Shown here in pieces: positions 8,000-18,100 of a stretch of DNA of 64,000 nucleotides. Origin of the DNA: Dehalococcoidia bacterium (GTDB lineage Bacteria > Chloroflexota > Dehalococcoidia > Lucifugimonadales > CBDBON01); assembly GCA_965198105.1 (NCBI GenBank), contig OZ240240.1, positions 797,221 to 861,220 on the forward strand. The letters run 5' to 3'. Under the pieces are notes generated by a model, which worked only from the letters and a program-made list of their open reading frames with translations, ran no database searches and was not told the DNA's origin. The number at the start of each line of letters is the position of its first letter. The stretch's first letter is position 1. Both the position numbers and the translations under genes were made by a program.

Positions 8000-8239
8000 G
8001 TGAGTACAAAGGCGTACATCCTGATCGAAACGGCCGTAGGGAAGTCGCGGGACGTGAGCGCCGCGCTGCGGACCCTGCCCGGCGTCACAACGGTCGACCC
8101 GGTAACCGGGCCGTACGACATCATCGCCGTCGTCGAGGCCCAGGACCTCAACGCCGTGGGCGACCTCGTGACGAGTCAGATACACACCATCGGCGGGATA
8201 GGCCGGACGGTGACCTGCCTGTCGGTCGGAGCCTCCTAG
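8000..8239 (+). CDS. Stand-alone Lrp/AsnC ligand-binding (RAM) domain protein
   Basis: STKAYILIETAVGKSRDVSAALRTLPGVTTVDPVTGPYDIIAVVEA matches the AsnC_trans_reg pattern. An in-frame GTG at 8000 is preceded by GGAGG. The longer track ORF (7913) would overlap the promoter. Confidence 0.7.
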   Translation: MSTKAYILIETAVGKSRDVSAALRTLPGVTTVDPVTGPYDIIAVVEAQDLNAVGDLVTSQIHTIGGIGRTVTCLSVGAS

Positions 8240-8288
8240 CCCCGGCGCCGCCCGCAGCTCGGGCTTCACGGCCCGGGACGACAGCGAC

Positions 8289-8324
8289 GTGCGCGCCCGC
8301 ACCTTGAGGGGCGCGCACGGCTTT
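8289..8324 (+). terminator. GC-rich hairpin with a short T tract after the AsnC-type gene
   Basis: GTGCGCGCCC (8289-8298) pairs with GGGCGCGCAC (8309-8318) around a 10-nt loop, followed by GGCTTT. The U-tract is weak. Confidence 0.35.
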
Positions 8325-8340
8325 AGGAGTTGAGACCGGC

Positions 8341-9513
8341 ATGGACTTCATATTTAGCGTAGAGGACGAGACATTCCGCCGCGAGGCGGTGGACTTCGTC
8401 GAGCGGGAGCTGCCCTGGGACTGGCGCACCGAGGTGGTGGACGCCGAGGAGCCTGCCGACGCCGTCAAGGTCAGACAGTTCAAGAAGAGGCTGGCCGACA
8501 GGGGTTGGCTCACGATGGCCTGGCCCCCGGAGTACGGCGGGCTGGGGGCGCCCCACATCCGCCAGATGGTCTTCAACGAAGAGATGGCGTACCGCGGAGT
8601 GCCCGCGAGCGACGCCGGCGTAAGCATGGTCGGCCCCATTCTGATGCTGTACGGCACGGAGGAGCAGAAGCGCTACTTCCTGCCGCGCATCGCGCGAGCC
8701 GACATCGACTGGGCCCAGGGCTACACGGAGCCGGACGCCGGGTCCGATCTGGCCAGCGTCCAGACGAGGGCGGAGGAGGACGGCGACGACTTCGTGGTGA
8801 CCGGCTCCAAGATATGGAACGGCGCCCACGGCGGCTCGAACTGGATGTTCATGCTCGTCCGCACGGACCCGGACGCGCCGAAGCACCGGGGCATCAGCTT
8901 CCTCCTCACGGAGATGGACGCGCCGGGCATCACGGTCGAGAGGATACCGATGATGTGGAACGCGGACCGCGCGCTGGTCACGTTGGACAAGGTGCGCGTC
9001 CCCAAGAGACACCTGGTGGGGGAGCTGAACAGGGGCTGGTACGTGGGCGCCGCGCTGCTGGACTTCGAACGCTCCGGAGTGGGGAACTCGGCCAGGGGGA
9101 GACGAATAGTCGAGGAGCTGGTGCAGTTCTGCAAGGAGAACACGCGCAACGGCAGGCCGCTCTCCGAGGACCCGCTGATCCGGTCCAGGCTGGCCTCGCT
9201 GGCGGTCGAGGTGGAGACGTGCCGGCTCATGTCCTACAACGTGGCCTGGATGCAGAGCAGGCAGATGATCCCGAACAAGGAGGCGTCGATCGTAAAGGCG
9301 TTCGGCACGGAGATGGTGGTCCGGCTGTACCAGCTGGGGATGAGCATCCTGGGCCTCTACGGCCAGCTCGAACCGGACTCCAGGTGGGCGCCGCTCAAGG
9401 GCCGCATCGAGAACGCCTACATGGTCTCGGCGGCGAGCATGGTGGCCGCCGGTACGTCGGAGATTCAGCGCAACATCATCGCCACCCGCGGCCTGGGACT
9501 GCCCCGGGGGTAG
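8341..9513 (+). CDS. Acyl-CoA dehydrogenase family protein
   Basis: 390 aa. Middle-domain pattern VTGSKIWNGAHGGSNWMFMLVRTD and C-terminal TSEIQRNIIATRGLGLPR. Confidence 0.85.
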   Translation: MDFIFSVEDETFRREAVDFVERELPWDWRTEVVDAEEPADAVKVRQFKKRLADRGWLTMAWPPEYGGLGAPHIRQMVFNEEMAYRGVPASDAGVSMVGPILMLYGTEEQKRYFLPRIARADIDWAQGYTEPDAGSDLASVQTRAEEDGDDFVVTGSKIWNGAHGGSNWMFMLVRTDPDAPKHRGISFLLTEMDAPGITVERIPMMWNADRALVTLDKVRVPKRHLVGELNRGWYVGAALLDFERSGVGNSARGRRIVEELVQFCKENTRNGRPLSEDPLIRSRLASLAVEVETCRLMSYNVAWMQSRQMIPNKEASIVKAFGTEMVVRLYQLGMSILGLYGQLEPDSRWAPLKGRIENAYMVSAASMVAAGTSEIQRNIIATRGLGLPRG

Positions 9514-9526
9514 GGATGGAGAGGCG

Positions 9527-9599
9527 CCCCCATCTCAATCTTCCCCCGCGGACGGGGGAAGAGGTCTGCGGAGCCTTCCCTCGCGGACGGGGGAAGAGG
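9527..9599 (+). repeat. Family-A palindromic intergenic element (2 hairpins)
   Basis: CCCCCATCTCAATCTTCCCCC-GCGGAC-GGGGGAAGAGG plus a second, imperfect CCTTCCCTC-GCGGAC-GGGGGAAGAGG. Lies between the two ACAD genes. Confidence 0.85.
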
Positions 9600-9639
9600 T
9601 TTACGGAGCGGTGAGTTAGGGGACGGGAAGGGAGAGACG

Positions 9640-10764
9640 ATGGACCTCGGCCTCGACGAAGCACAGCAGATGCTCAGGAACAGCGCGCGCGCCTTTCTGG
9701 AGGCGGAGTGCCCGGACACGTACGTCAGAGAGATGGAGAGGGACCCGCGCGGCTACACTCCCGAGCTGTGGCAGAAGATGGCCGAGCAGGGCTGGCTCGG
9801 ACTGATCGTTCCCGAAAGGTACGGCGGGGTCGGACTCAGCTTCCTCGATCTGTCGATTCTGCTCGAAGAGATGGGGAGGGCCATGCTGCCCGGACCATTC
9901 TTCTCGACCGTCGTGATGGCCGGCATGGCCGTCCTCGACGCGGGCAGCGAGGAGCAGAAGCAGGAGATCCTGCCCAGGATAGCCGACGGCCAGCTGATAA
10001 TGACTATGGCGCTCACGGAGCCGAGCGCCCGCTGGGATGCCAAGGGAGTGGAGACGGCGGCCGAGTCCGGAGGAGACGGCTTTCTCATCAGCGGGACCAA
10101 GCTCTTCGTCCCCGACGCGGGAGGGGCCGACTATCTGGTAATCGCGGCCCGGACCGGGGACGCAGAGGATGATATCTCGCTCTTCCTAGTCCCGCGAGAG
10201 TCGGCCGGGGTCTCGCTGACGCCGCTGAAGACGATAGCGCAGGACAAGCAGTTCGAGGTTTTTCTGGAGGGGGTGAAGGTACCCTCTTCGGCGCTGCTCG
10301 GTGAGCTCAACGAGGGGTGGCGCACCCTCGAGAAGGTGCTGCAGTGGGGCGCCGTCGGCAAGTGCGCGGAGATGGTGGGAGGGAGCCAGCAGGTGCTCGA
10401 CATGACCGTGGAGTACGCGCAGCAGAGGGTCCAGTTCGGGCGGCCCATAGGAAGCTTCCAGGCCGTTCAGCACCACTGTGCGAACATGGCGACGGACGTC
10501 GAGGGCACGCGGTACATCACATACCAGGCCGCCTGGCGGCTGTCCGAGGGTCTGCCCTCCGAGACGGAGGTCGCCACGGCGAAGGCGTGGGTCAGCGAGG
10601 CCTACCGGCGCGTCTGCGCCCTGGGCCACCAGTGCCACGGCGCAATCGGGTTCACCAAAGAGCACAACATGCAGCTCTACTCACGTCGGGCCAAGGCGGC
10701 CGAGCTGGCGTTCGGCGACGCCGACCTCCATCTCGAGAAGGTGGCCGACGCCATAGGGCTATAG
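9640..10764 (+). CDS. Acyl-CoA dehydrogenase family protein
   Basis: 374 aa. ISGTKLFVPDAGGADYLVIAART and VEYAQQRVQFGRPIGSFQAVQHHCANM. Confidence 0.85.
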   Translation: MDLGLDEAQQMLRNSARAFLEAECPDTYVREMERDPRGYTPELWQKMAEQGWLGLIVPERYGGVGLSFLDLSILLEEMGRAMLPGPFFSTVVMAGMAVLDAGSEEQKQEILPRIADGQLIMTMALTEPSARWDAKGVETAAESGGDGFLISGTKLFVPDAGGADYLVIAARTGDAEDDISLFLVPRESAGVSLTPLKTIAQDKQFEVFLEGVKVPSSALLGELNEGWRTLEKVLQWGAVGKCAEMVGGSQQVLDMTVEYAQQRVQFGRPIGSFQAVQHHCANMATDVEGTRYITYQAAWRLSEGLPSETEVATAKAWVSEAYRRVCALGHQCHGAIGFTKEHNMQLYSRRAKAAELAFGDADLHLEKVADAIGL

Positions 10765-10766
10765 CC

Positions 10767-13700
10767 ATCAGCACCGCAACTCTGATCCTCAAGCGTCTGG
10801 CGGACGACTGGAGGCTTCTGGGCAGCGTACTCCTCGGGATCACGGTTGCAGCCGCTCTCGTCGCCGGCGCGCCCATCTACGTCCATTCCCTTCAGCGGCT
10901 CGGCGTCCACACGGCCATAGACCGGGCCTCCACGGGCAGCCTGAATCTATTCGCATTCGGACCCTACATCTCGCTGGATCATGAGAGCCTCGAAGCCGCA
11001 GAGCAGACGGTCGAAGAGAGCATTCAGCGAGACCTCGCCGACATCTACCGCGGGAGACGCGGGTACCTGAAGAGTCCCACCTATCTCGTGGGGCTGCCCA
11101 ACCGGCCGATCGAGTCGGCGGCGGGGCCCGGACAGGTCGTGGGGCGCGGATACTTTCAGTACATAGAGTACCTGGACGCCCACGTCGACTTTCGCGATGG
11201 GCGGATGGCCACGAGCCTGATCGAGCAGGGGCCGAAGGGTCCGATCGTCGAGGCGATGCTGGGGACGTCGCTGGCCGATCTGTTCGGACTCCGGGTGGGC
11301 GACGAGATAGTAGTGACGCCGGCGTACGGCGAACGGACCAGGGTATCCGCGAGGCTGGTCGGAATCATCGAGGCGACCGATCCGAGGGAGGAGTACTGGC
11401 AGCGGAACGCCAGCATCTTCCTGGAGCCGGCGCCCCTGGCGGAGACGCCGGACGCGGGCGTCGAGATCAATCCCCGGGAGCCTCCGATCGCTCTCTTCAC
11501 CACTCTGGATTCGATGGTCGGGGGACTTGGAGAGGCCTATCCGGGAACCCTCGTAAACTCCACGTGGTTCATCTTCGTCGACAAGGAGCCGCTCAAGGAG
11601 TGGTCGATAGATGAGACGCGGGACCGGATCGGCTCCTTCAAGAGCTCCTTGTCGAGCGCTCTGCCGGGAGCGACGACGCTCACCGGAATCGAGCGCCTGC
11701 TCGACGACTTCGAGACCCGGAGCTTCTTTTCCAGCGTGCCCCTTCTGCTGCTGCTGACCATCATGGTCTTCACGGTGCTCTACTACCTCGCCATGATGGT
11801 GGCCTATCTCGTACAGAGCCGGGAGGGCGAGGTCGCCCTGCTGCGCGGCCGGGGCGTCAGCACGCTGCAGATGCTCCGCATCTACGTCCTGGAGGGCCTG
11901 ACGCTTACAGCGGTGGGCGTGGTGGCGGCACCGTTTCTTGCGATGGGCGCCATCGCCCTCGCCGGCAAGCTGCCCTACTTCCGTGAGATAACCGGGGGAG
12001 ATCTGCTGATCGTCGAGCTCCAATGGCAGCCGTTTGCGGTGGCGGCGTTGACCGGTCTGCTGGCGCTCGCCATCTTCGTCGTACCACGCGCCATAGGCTC
12101 CAGAAGCGGCCTCGTCATCCACCGCCTGCGGTCGTCGAGGCCTCCGTCCGAGCCGCTGCTCCAACGCTACTACCTGGACGTGGCCCTCATGGTGCTCGGA
12201 GGGCTCGTATTCTGGGAGCTGCAGGCGAAGGGGCAGATAGTGTCCGGGGGACTGTTCGAAGACGTGCGCGTGAACGAGGCACTCCTTCTGGCCCCCGTTC
12301 TGTACCTGACGGTCGTCGCCCTCGTCTTCCTACGCCTCTTCCCTCTCTTCGTCCGGTTCATCAGCGGCGAGTCTCCGCTGATGCTGCACCTCGCGGCTGG
12401 CGCGACCTTCGTCTCCCTCGGCGCGATCAAGATCGTAGCGGCGCTGCGGGACGAGACAGGCGGAACGGGATGGACAGGTCCGGTACTCGTGCTGGCTGCC
12501 ACGGCGGCCGTCTACTGGCTCACCAGCAGGGCCGGCAGGAAGGGACCAAAGGCCGTGGGGCTGGCCGCGCAGGCGGGGCTGATCGCCCTGTTCGGCCTGA
12601 TGGAGCCGCCCGTCGCCGGTGAGAACGCGCTGACGCCCACGATCAGCCTCTTCTGCATCGTCCCGGCGCAGGTACTCTTCCTGCTCTTCAAGGCGTCCGT
12701 CCAGTTCGCTCCGGTGTGGGTCTCGGTAGGCCTGTGGCACATGGCCCGCAATCCTCTCCAGTACAGCTGGCTGGTCCTGCTCCTGGTGATGGTCACAGGC
12801 CTCGGTCTACTGGCCACCACCGTGGGCGGTACGCTCGACCGCAGCCACAAGCAGAGGATCCTCTACGACGTGGCGGCGGATGTCCGGGTGGGCGGCATGA
12901 GCGCGTTTGGCGCCGGCAGCAGGGAGGCCATCAGGGAGCGGTTTCTAGGCATCCCCGGCGTCACGGACGCATCGCTGGCGATGCGAACCCGGGGGAAGCT
13001 CGGCGCCACGGGTCTCGGCAGCGGGTTCGATCTCCTGGCTGTCGAGCCCGAACGGTTTCACGGTCTATCGTGGTGGAGAGACGACTTCGCGTCGCAGCCC
13101 CTGGACGGAGTGATGAGGGCTCTTCAGCCGCTGGCGGGCCCCGACCCTCTCGTGCTGCCGGAGGAGGCAGTCTCCATCGGCGTGTGGGTCAAGCCGGAGC
13201 GGCGCTACCCGAACGTCCTCCTGTGGGCCGTCGTCGAGGACTCCAGGAAGATCATCCGGACACTCACCGTCGGCCAGCTCGATATACAGGGCTGGAACCA
13301 GTTGATCGTCAACATTCCATCGAGCCTCCGCCCCCCCCTCAGGCTCATCGCGGTGCAGCTATGGGAGCCCGGATTCGGCCCGACCGGCACGCCCGGGGAG
13401 ATCGTGCTCGACGACCTCCACGCGATAGGTCCAGACGGCGAGACGGTGCTGCTGGACGGTTTCGAGGAGAGGCTCGCGTGGCTCCCAACGCCGACGTCCG
13501 CCGTCTCCATCGATACCTTAGAGCGGACCGACGACGCCTTCAGCGACGAGGCCGCCGTCAAGTTCATCTTCGGGAAGGAGACGAACAGAGGCATCCGCGG
13601 GATCTCCCACGCTTCTGCAGGCGGTCCCGTGCCCGTCGTCATAAGCTCCTCCTTCTCGGAGAGGACCGGCTATACCGTAGGCGACTTCGCAGTCGTCAGT

Positions 13701-14411
13701 ACGCTGGACCGCCTCATCCCGGTTGCGATCCGGGGCGAGGTGGACCTCTTCCCGACGATGCACCCGGAGGGCTTCGGCTTCGTGGTGGCCGATCTGGACA
13801 GCACGCTCAGACACCTGAACATACTCAGCCCTCTGGCGGGCATCGTGCCGAACGAGATGCTGATGAACGAGGCTCCCGGAGCGGGAGGCGCAGTCCGCGA
13901 CGCCCTGCTCAACCTGCCGCCCGGGGCGGTCATCCGGGACAGGGGGAGTGAGTTGGAGTCGGTGAGGCTGGACCCCCTCGTCACCGCCGGGTGGAGGGCG
14001 ATGGGCCTCCTTGCGTTGGCGATCATCCTCTTCACGGCCGCGTCGGGCTGCGCCACCTACATGCTCGCCTTCTCGGGCCGCGGCCGGACCGAGGCCGGAT
14101 TCATGCGCTCCCTAGGCATGTCCCGCCGCCAGCTAAGCGGTCTGCTCGCGCTCGAGCACATCGTGGTCATGGTCATGGGGCTCTCCCTGGGGAGCTGGTC
14201 CGGGCTCGAGATGAGCCGGCGCATGGTCGCGTCCGTGGCCGTCACCGATCAGGGGGACGCTGTGCTGCCCCCCTTCTCCCTGATCACCGACTGGGCCCTT
14301 ATGGGGCCCATCTACGTCGTGCTCCTAGTCGTGTTCGGCGTCGCGCTCTACGCGCTCGACCGAAGCATGCGCGGGGTCGACATCCAGACCATCGCACGGC
14401 TCGAGGGGTGA
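10767..14411 (+). CDS. Large ABC transporter permease with two FtsX domains (start codon unresolved)
   Basis: Paralogous to the 14437 gene from DWRLLGSVLLGITVAAALVAGAPIYVHSL onward. FtsX-type segments include REGEVALLRGRGVSTLQMLRIYVLEGL and FMRSLGMSRRQLSGLLALEHIVV. The track ORF start at 10317 lies inside the ACAD gene in another frame. Confidence 0.75.
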   Translation: MSTATLILKRLADDWRLLGSVLLGITVAAALVAGAPIYVHSLQRLGVHTAIDRASTGSLNLFAFGPYISLDHESLEAAEQTVEESIQRDLADIYRGRRGYLKSPTYLVGLPNRPIESAAGPGQVVGRGYFQYIEYLDAHVDFRDGRMATSLIEQGPKGPIVEAMLGTSLADLFGLRVGDEIVVTPAYGERTRVSARLVGIIEATDPREEYWQRNASIFLEPAPLAETPDAGVEINPREPPIALFTTLDSMVGGLGEAYPGTLVNSTWFIFVDKEPLKEWSIDETRDRIGSFKSSLSSALPGATTLTGIERLLDDFETRSFFSSVPLLLLLTIMVFTVLYYLAMMVAYLVQSREGEVALLRGRGVSTLQMLRIYVLEGLTLTAVGVVAAPFLAMGAIALAGKLPYFREITGGDLLIVELQWQPFAVAALTGLLALAIFVVPRAIGSRSGLVIHRLRSSRPPSEPLLQRYYLDVALMVLGGLVFWELQAKGQIVSGGLFEDVRVNEALLLAPVLYLTVVALVFLRLFPLFVRFISGESPLMLHLAAGATFVSLGAIKIVAALRDETGGTGWTGPVLVLAATAAVYWLTSRAGRKGPKAVGLAAQAGLIALFGLMEPPVAGENALTPTISLFCIVPAQVLFLLFKASVQFAPVWVSVGLWHMARNPLQYSWLVLLLVMVTGLGLLATTVGGTLDRSHKQRILYDVAADVRVGGMSAFGAGSREAIRERFLGIPGVTDASLAMRTRGKLGATGLGSGFDLLAVEPERFHGLSWWRDDFASQPLDGVMRALQPLAGPDPLVLPEEAVSIGVWVKPERRYPNVLLWAVVEDSRKIIRTLTVGQLDIQGWNQLIVNIPSSLRPPLRLIAVQLWEPGFGPTGTPGEIVLDDLHAIGPDGETVLLDGFEERLAWLPTPTSAVSIDTLERTDDAFSDEAAVKFIFGKETNRGIRGISHASAGGPVPVVISSSFSERTGYTVGDFAVVSTLDRLIPVAIRGEVDLFPTMHPEGFGFVVADLDSTLRHLNILSPLAGIVPNEMLMNEAPGAGGAVRDALLNLPPGAVIRDRGSELESVRLDPLVTAGWRAMGLLALAIILFTAASGCATYMLAFSGRGRTEAGFMRSLGMSRRQLSGLLALEHIVVMVMGLSLGSWSGLEMSRRMVASVAVTDQGDAVLPPFSLITDWALMGPIYVVLLVVFGVALYALDRSMRGVDIQTIARLEG

Positions 14412-14436
14412 TCGCGGTGCCGCGCGGGAGATACTC

Positions 14437-17400
14437 ATGCTGACTATTTTCGCCCGGCTCGCTGCGGCGTGGCCCCTGGTGGGCAAGCGCAGCCTCTCCC
14501 ACTGGCGTCTCCTCTCCTCGGTCGTGATCGGCGTATTCCTGGCGTCCGCCGTGATGGCCGGGACCGTCATCTACTTCGACTCGCTCAGAGAGCTTGCGCT
14601 CGACAACACGTTGGACAGGCTGACACGGGACGAGACGAACATCGTCGTCAAGGCCAACAGGGGGCCCACCAGCTGGGACGAGTACGCCAAGGTGGCGGCG
14701 ACGATGAACCGTGAGATCGACGCGCACGTCGACTGGCTGCTCGACGACCGGATCAGGGGAGGCAAGAGCACCACCTTCTTCCTAACCGCGCCGGGCGCTG
14801 AGGCGCACGCTGGACACGACAACGCCCGCGCCTATTTCGCCTTCCTCCCCAGGCTGATGGAGCACGTCACGCTGCTCCCGGGAGGGCGGCTTCCCTCCGA
14901 CGAGCCGTTGAGTCTCGATCCTTTCACGCTGGAGGCGATCATCCCCGACGACGCCGCAGCGCTGTTCGGCGTGGGAGTCGGCGACCGCCTCTCCACCGTA
15001 CCGTTCTGGGACGACGTCACGCCGTACGCGAGCGTGGTGGTGAGCGGCGTATTCGAGAGAGACGAGCCCGGTCACCAGATCTGGCACATGGAGAGAGCCG
15101 TCTTCGACGCCTCCACGGGCGCGAGCTTCCGGACCGTTCCCTTCCACGTCTCCGAGCAGGCGTTCATGGAGGTGCTGGGCGCAGCCTTCGAAGACTTGGA
15201 CAGCGTCTACTCCTGGCTCCTCGTCGTCGACTCCGGACGGCTCAACGCGGACAACTCGTCGGAGGCGCGCGGGAGGCTAGCCGTGACGGCCCAACGCCTC
15301 TCCGGTCTCCTCCACGGCTATCTACAGATAACCTCTCTCGACCTTGCCCTTGCCGAGTTCGACCAGAGGCTCTTCTTCTCCAAGGCGCCGATGTTCGTCG
15401 TGCTGGTGCTGATCTCTGTGGTCATCCTCTACTACGTCGTCACCCTGTCGTCGATGCTGGCGGAGGAGCGGCGGGAGGATATAGCGCTGCTCCGAAGCCG
15501 CGGGGCGGGAGCCGTGCAGGTGCTGGCGGTATTCGCGCTGGAGGGAGGAACCATCGCCCTCCTCGCCGTCGTGGCCGCGCCGCTGCTGGCCGCCCTGACG
15601 ATAGCGCTGCTCGGTTATACGCCCGCCTTCTCGGATCTGAGCGGCGGGGGCAGACTGCCTATCGTCCTGTCCAGAGGCGCATTCATGATGAGCGCGGTCG
15701 GCGGACTGCTGAGCTTCGGCGCACTGATGATCCCGGCGGTGCAGGCGATGCGCACCGGCGTGGCGCAGCACCGCCAGCAGGCGGCCAGACCGTCGACGCA
15801 ACCCTTCTTCCAGCGCTACTATCTGGACGCGGGGCTGCTCGTCGTGGCGATCCTTCTGTTCAGGCAGCTGGAGGAGCAGGGATCGGTCGTCGCGATGGAC
15901 GTGTTCGGCCGGCTTGCAGTGGACCAGGTACTGCTGGCGGTTCCGGCGCTGACGCTCGTCGCCTTCGCCGTGCTCATGCTGAGGCTGTTTCCCCTGTGCA
16001 TCCGCTTCCTGAGCGGAGAATCGCCATCATTGGTGCATCTCGCCGCGGCCGGCGCTATCCTCGTACTCGTCCCGACGATAGCCGCGCGCGGGCTCCTCGG
16101 CGGCTCAGGCGGACCCTGGCCCGCGCAGATCGTGCTGCTCGCCGCCTTCGGGGGGGCGTACTGGGCCGCCTCCCGCGACGACCGAGTCCCGTTCAAGCTT
16201 GCCGGCATCGCCGCACAGGCCGGACTTGTCGCTGGCATACTCCTGTTGGGACCGACCCTGCCGCTCGATTCGGTCTTCGCGCCCATACTCATCTCGATCC
16301 CGCCGGCCCAGGCGGCCTACCTGTTGCTCAGGGCTGTCGCGCAGAGGTCTCCGGTCGGGATCGCCATGGCCATGTGGCAGATGGCGCGCAATCCCACGCA
16401 CTACGCCAGGCTGTCCCTGCTGCTCATCCTGATGGCCGGGCTGGGCATCGTGGCGGCCAGCTTCGGAGGCACCCTGAGCAGGAGCTTCGAGGAGCGGGCG
16501 CTCTATGAGACGGGGGCCCCGATCCGCCTGGACGGGGTGATGCTGAACACCAGCGGACAGACCAGGGATCTGATCAGCGAGTACGAGAGCCTCAGCGGCA
16601 TCGAGAGGGTCGCACCCGCACTGAGGGCGCCGGGGACCGTCCTATCGAGCCTGTTCGGAGAGTTCTACACGATGGTCGCGGTGGACAATGACACCTTCGC
16701 CGACATCGCCTGGTCGCGCCGGGACTTCTCGGAGCGCTCGATGGCCGATCTCATGAGCATGTTGGAGCACGACAGGCCGCCCGTCGGGATACAGCTTCCG
16801 GCGGAGTCACGCAGTCTGTCCATTCGGGTGACGACCGACAGGCCGCACCCGACCGTCGCGGCGAGGGCCAGGCTGAAGGACTCGAACGGCAGATACCTGT
16901 CGGTATGCCTCGGAACCCTCGGCTTCAGCGAATGGCGCACGCTAGAAGCGGACCTCGTCAGAGCGCATAACTGCCGGGGGCTGCCATACAGGCTTCAACC
17001 CACACCTCCCCTGACCCTGGTCTCGATAGCCTTCGACGAGCTCGACTGGCGGAGCCAGCTCCGGGCCGGGTCGGCGTCCATAGACGAGATTCGCGTGCAC
17101 ACCCCTGCCGGCGTCCGGGTCATCGAGGAGTTCAACAGCGTCGACAGCTGGCAGATCATAGCCGCCGCCCCCGAATCCATGTCGGACATCCTCCAGGCGA
17201 CCGAGCTGCCGGACGGCACCAGCACGGCGACCTTCGTCTGGACCGACGGCCGTCCTCTGACCGGGAGGGGAGTCTTCCACGGCCCCCCGATACAGCCGGT
17301 CCCGGTGATCGCGACCGAGCAGTTCATCGACGAGACGGGCCACGGAGTGGGCGACGAGTTCGAGGTATCGGCGGCCGGACGCCGGATACCGATCAGGATC

Positions 17401-18096
17401 GTCGACACAGTCTCGTACTTTCCGACGCTGGACGTGTACAACAGGCTCTTTCTCATCTCGGACCTGTCGGCCGTGTCGGCCTACGCCAACCTGGAGACGA
17501 CGTCGGGTGAGCTGAGACCCAACGAGGTCTGGCTCTCGACCAGCGAAGAGGGAGAGGGCCGCGCGGCGCTGGTCCAGCGCCTGGAGCGCCCGGAGCCCTT
17601 TCCCAACTCGACCGTCCGGGACAGGGAGCAGGCTCTGGCCCTCTCACAGGTCGACCCGCTCATCGACGCCGGATGGAAGGCCCTGCTGTTCATTGCGTTC
17701 GCGGCAGTGCTCATCCTGAGCGGCGTCGGATTCCTCGTCCACGCTTACTTCTCGTTCCGCACCCGCCAGGGCCAGTTCGCGCTGATGCGCACGGTCGGAT
17801 TCTCGATGCGGCAGCTGATCACGCTCGTATGGCTGGAGCAGGCACTGGTGATAGTGGCAGGCTTGGCGCTGGGGACCTGGATGGGCGGGAGGCTGGGCGA
17901 GACGATCATGCCGTTTCTGGCCCACGACGATATGGGCGGGCAGGTGCTCCCGCCCTTTACGATGGAGGTTAGGTGGGTTACGCTGGGAGTCATATACGCG
18001 GCCATGGCCCTTCTGTTCGCCGTGATAGCGGTAGGCGTGGTCTGGTTCATTCGCAGGATTTCGCTGCAGCGGATCCTGCGTCTTGGGGAGATGTAA
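14437..18096 (+). CDS. Large ABC transporter permease with two FtsX domains
   Basis: 1219 aa. ATG with a GGGAG RBS. FtsX segments include REDIALLRSRGAGAVQVLAVFALEGG and FALMRTVGFSMRQLITLVWLEQALV. Large predicted extracytoplasmic regions lie between the TM blocks. Confidence 0.85.
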   Translation: MLTIFARLAAAWPLVGKRSLSHWRLLSSVVIGVFLASAVMAGTVIYFDSLRELALDNTLDRLTRDETNIVVKANRGPTSWDEYAKVAATMNREIDAHVDWLLDDRIRGGKSTTFFLTAPGAEAHAGHDNARAYFAFLPRLMEHVTLLPGGRLPSDEPLSLDPFTLEAIIPDDAAALFGVGVGDRLSTVPFWDDVTPYASVVVSGVFERDEPGHQIWHMERAVFDASTGASFRTVPFHVSEQAFMEVLGAAFEDLDSVYSWLLVVDSGRLNADNSSEARGRLAVTAQRLSGLLHGYLQITSLDLALAEFDQRLFFSKAPMFVVLVLISVVILYYVVTLSSMLAEERREDIALLRSRGAGAVQVLAVFALEGGTIALLAVVAAPLLAALTIALLGYTPAFSDLSGGGRLPIVLSRGAFMMSAVGGLLSFGALMIPAVQAMRTGVAQHRQQAARPSTQPFFQRYYLDAGLLVVAILLFRQLEEQGSVVAMDVFGRLAVDQVLLAVPALTLVAFAVLMLRLFPLCIRFLSGESPSLVHLAAAGAILVLVPTIAARGLLGGSGGPWPAQIVLLAAFGGAYWAASRDDRVPFKLAGIAAQAGLVAGILLLGPTLPLDSVFAPILISIPPAQAAYLLLRAVAQRSPVGIAMAMWQMARNPTHYARLSLLLILMAGLGIVAASFGGTLSRSFEERALYETGAPIRLDGVMLNTSGQTRDLISEYESLSGIERVAPALRAPGTVLSSLFGEFYTMVAVDNDTFADIAWSRRDFSERSMADLMSMLEHDRPPVGIQLPAESRSLSIRVTTDRPHPTVAARARLKDSNGRYLSVCLGTLGFSEWRTLEADLVRAHNCRGLPYRLQPTPPLTLVSIAFDELDWRSQLRAGSASIDEIRVHTPAGVRVIEEFNSVDSWQIIAAAPESMSDILQATELPDGTSTATFVWTDGRPLTGRGVFHGPPIQPVPVIATEQFIDETGHGVGDEFEVSAAGRRIPIRIVDTVSYFPTLDVYNRLFLISDLSAVSAYANLETTSGELRPNEVWLSTSEEGEGRAALVQRLERPEPFPNSTVRDREQALALSQVDPLIDAGWKALLFIAFAAVLILSGVGFLVHAYFSFRTRQGQFALMRTVGFSMRQLITLVWLEQALVIVAGLALGTWMGGRLGETIMPFLAHDDMGGQVLPPFTMEVRWVTLGVIYAAMALLFAVIAVGVVWFIRRISLQRILRLGEM

Positions 18097-18100
18097 GGGG

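Noticed and set aside
10317-10766. GTG at 10317 as the true start of the first permease (1364-aa track ORF)
   Set aside because: It would overlap the well-supported ACAD gene by 447 nt in another frame with an Arg-rich nonsense-like translation. Similarity to the paralogous permease begins only at about 10780.
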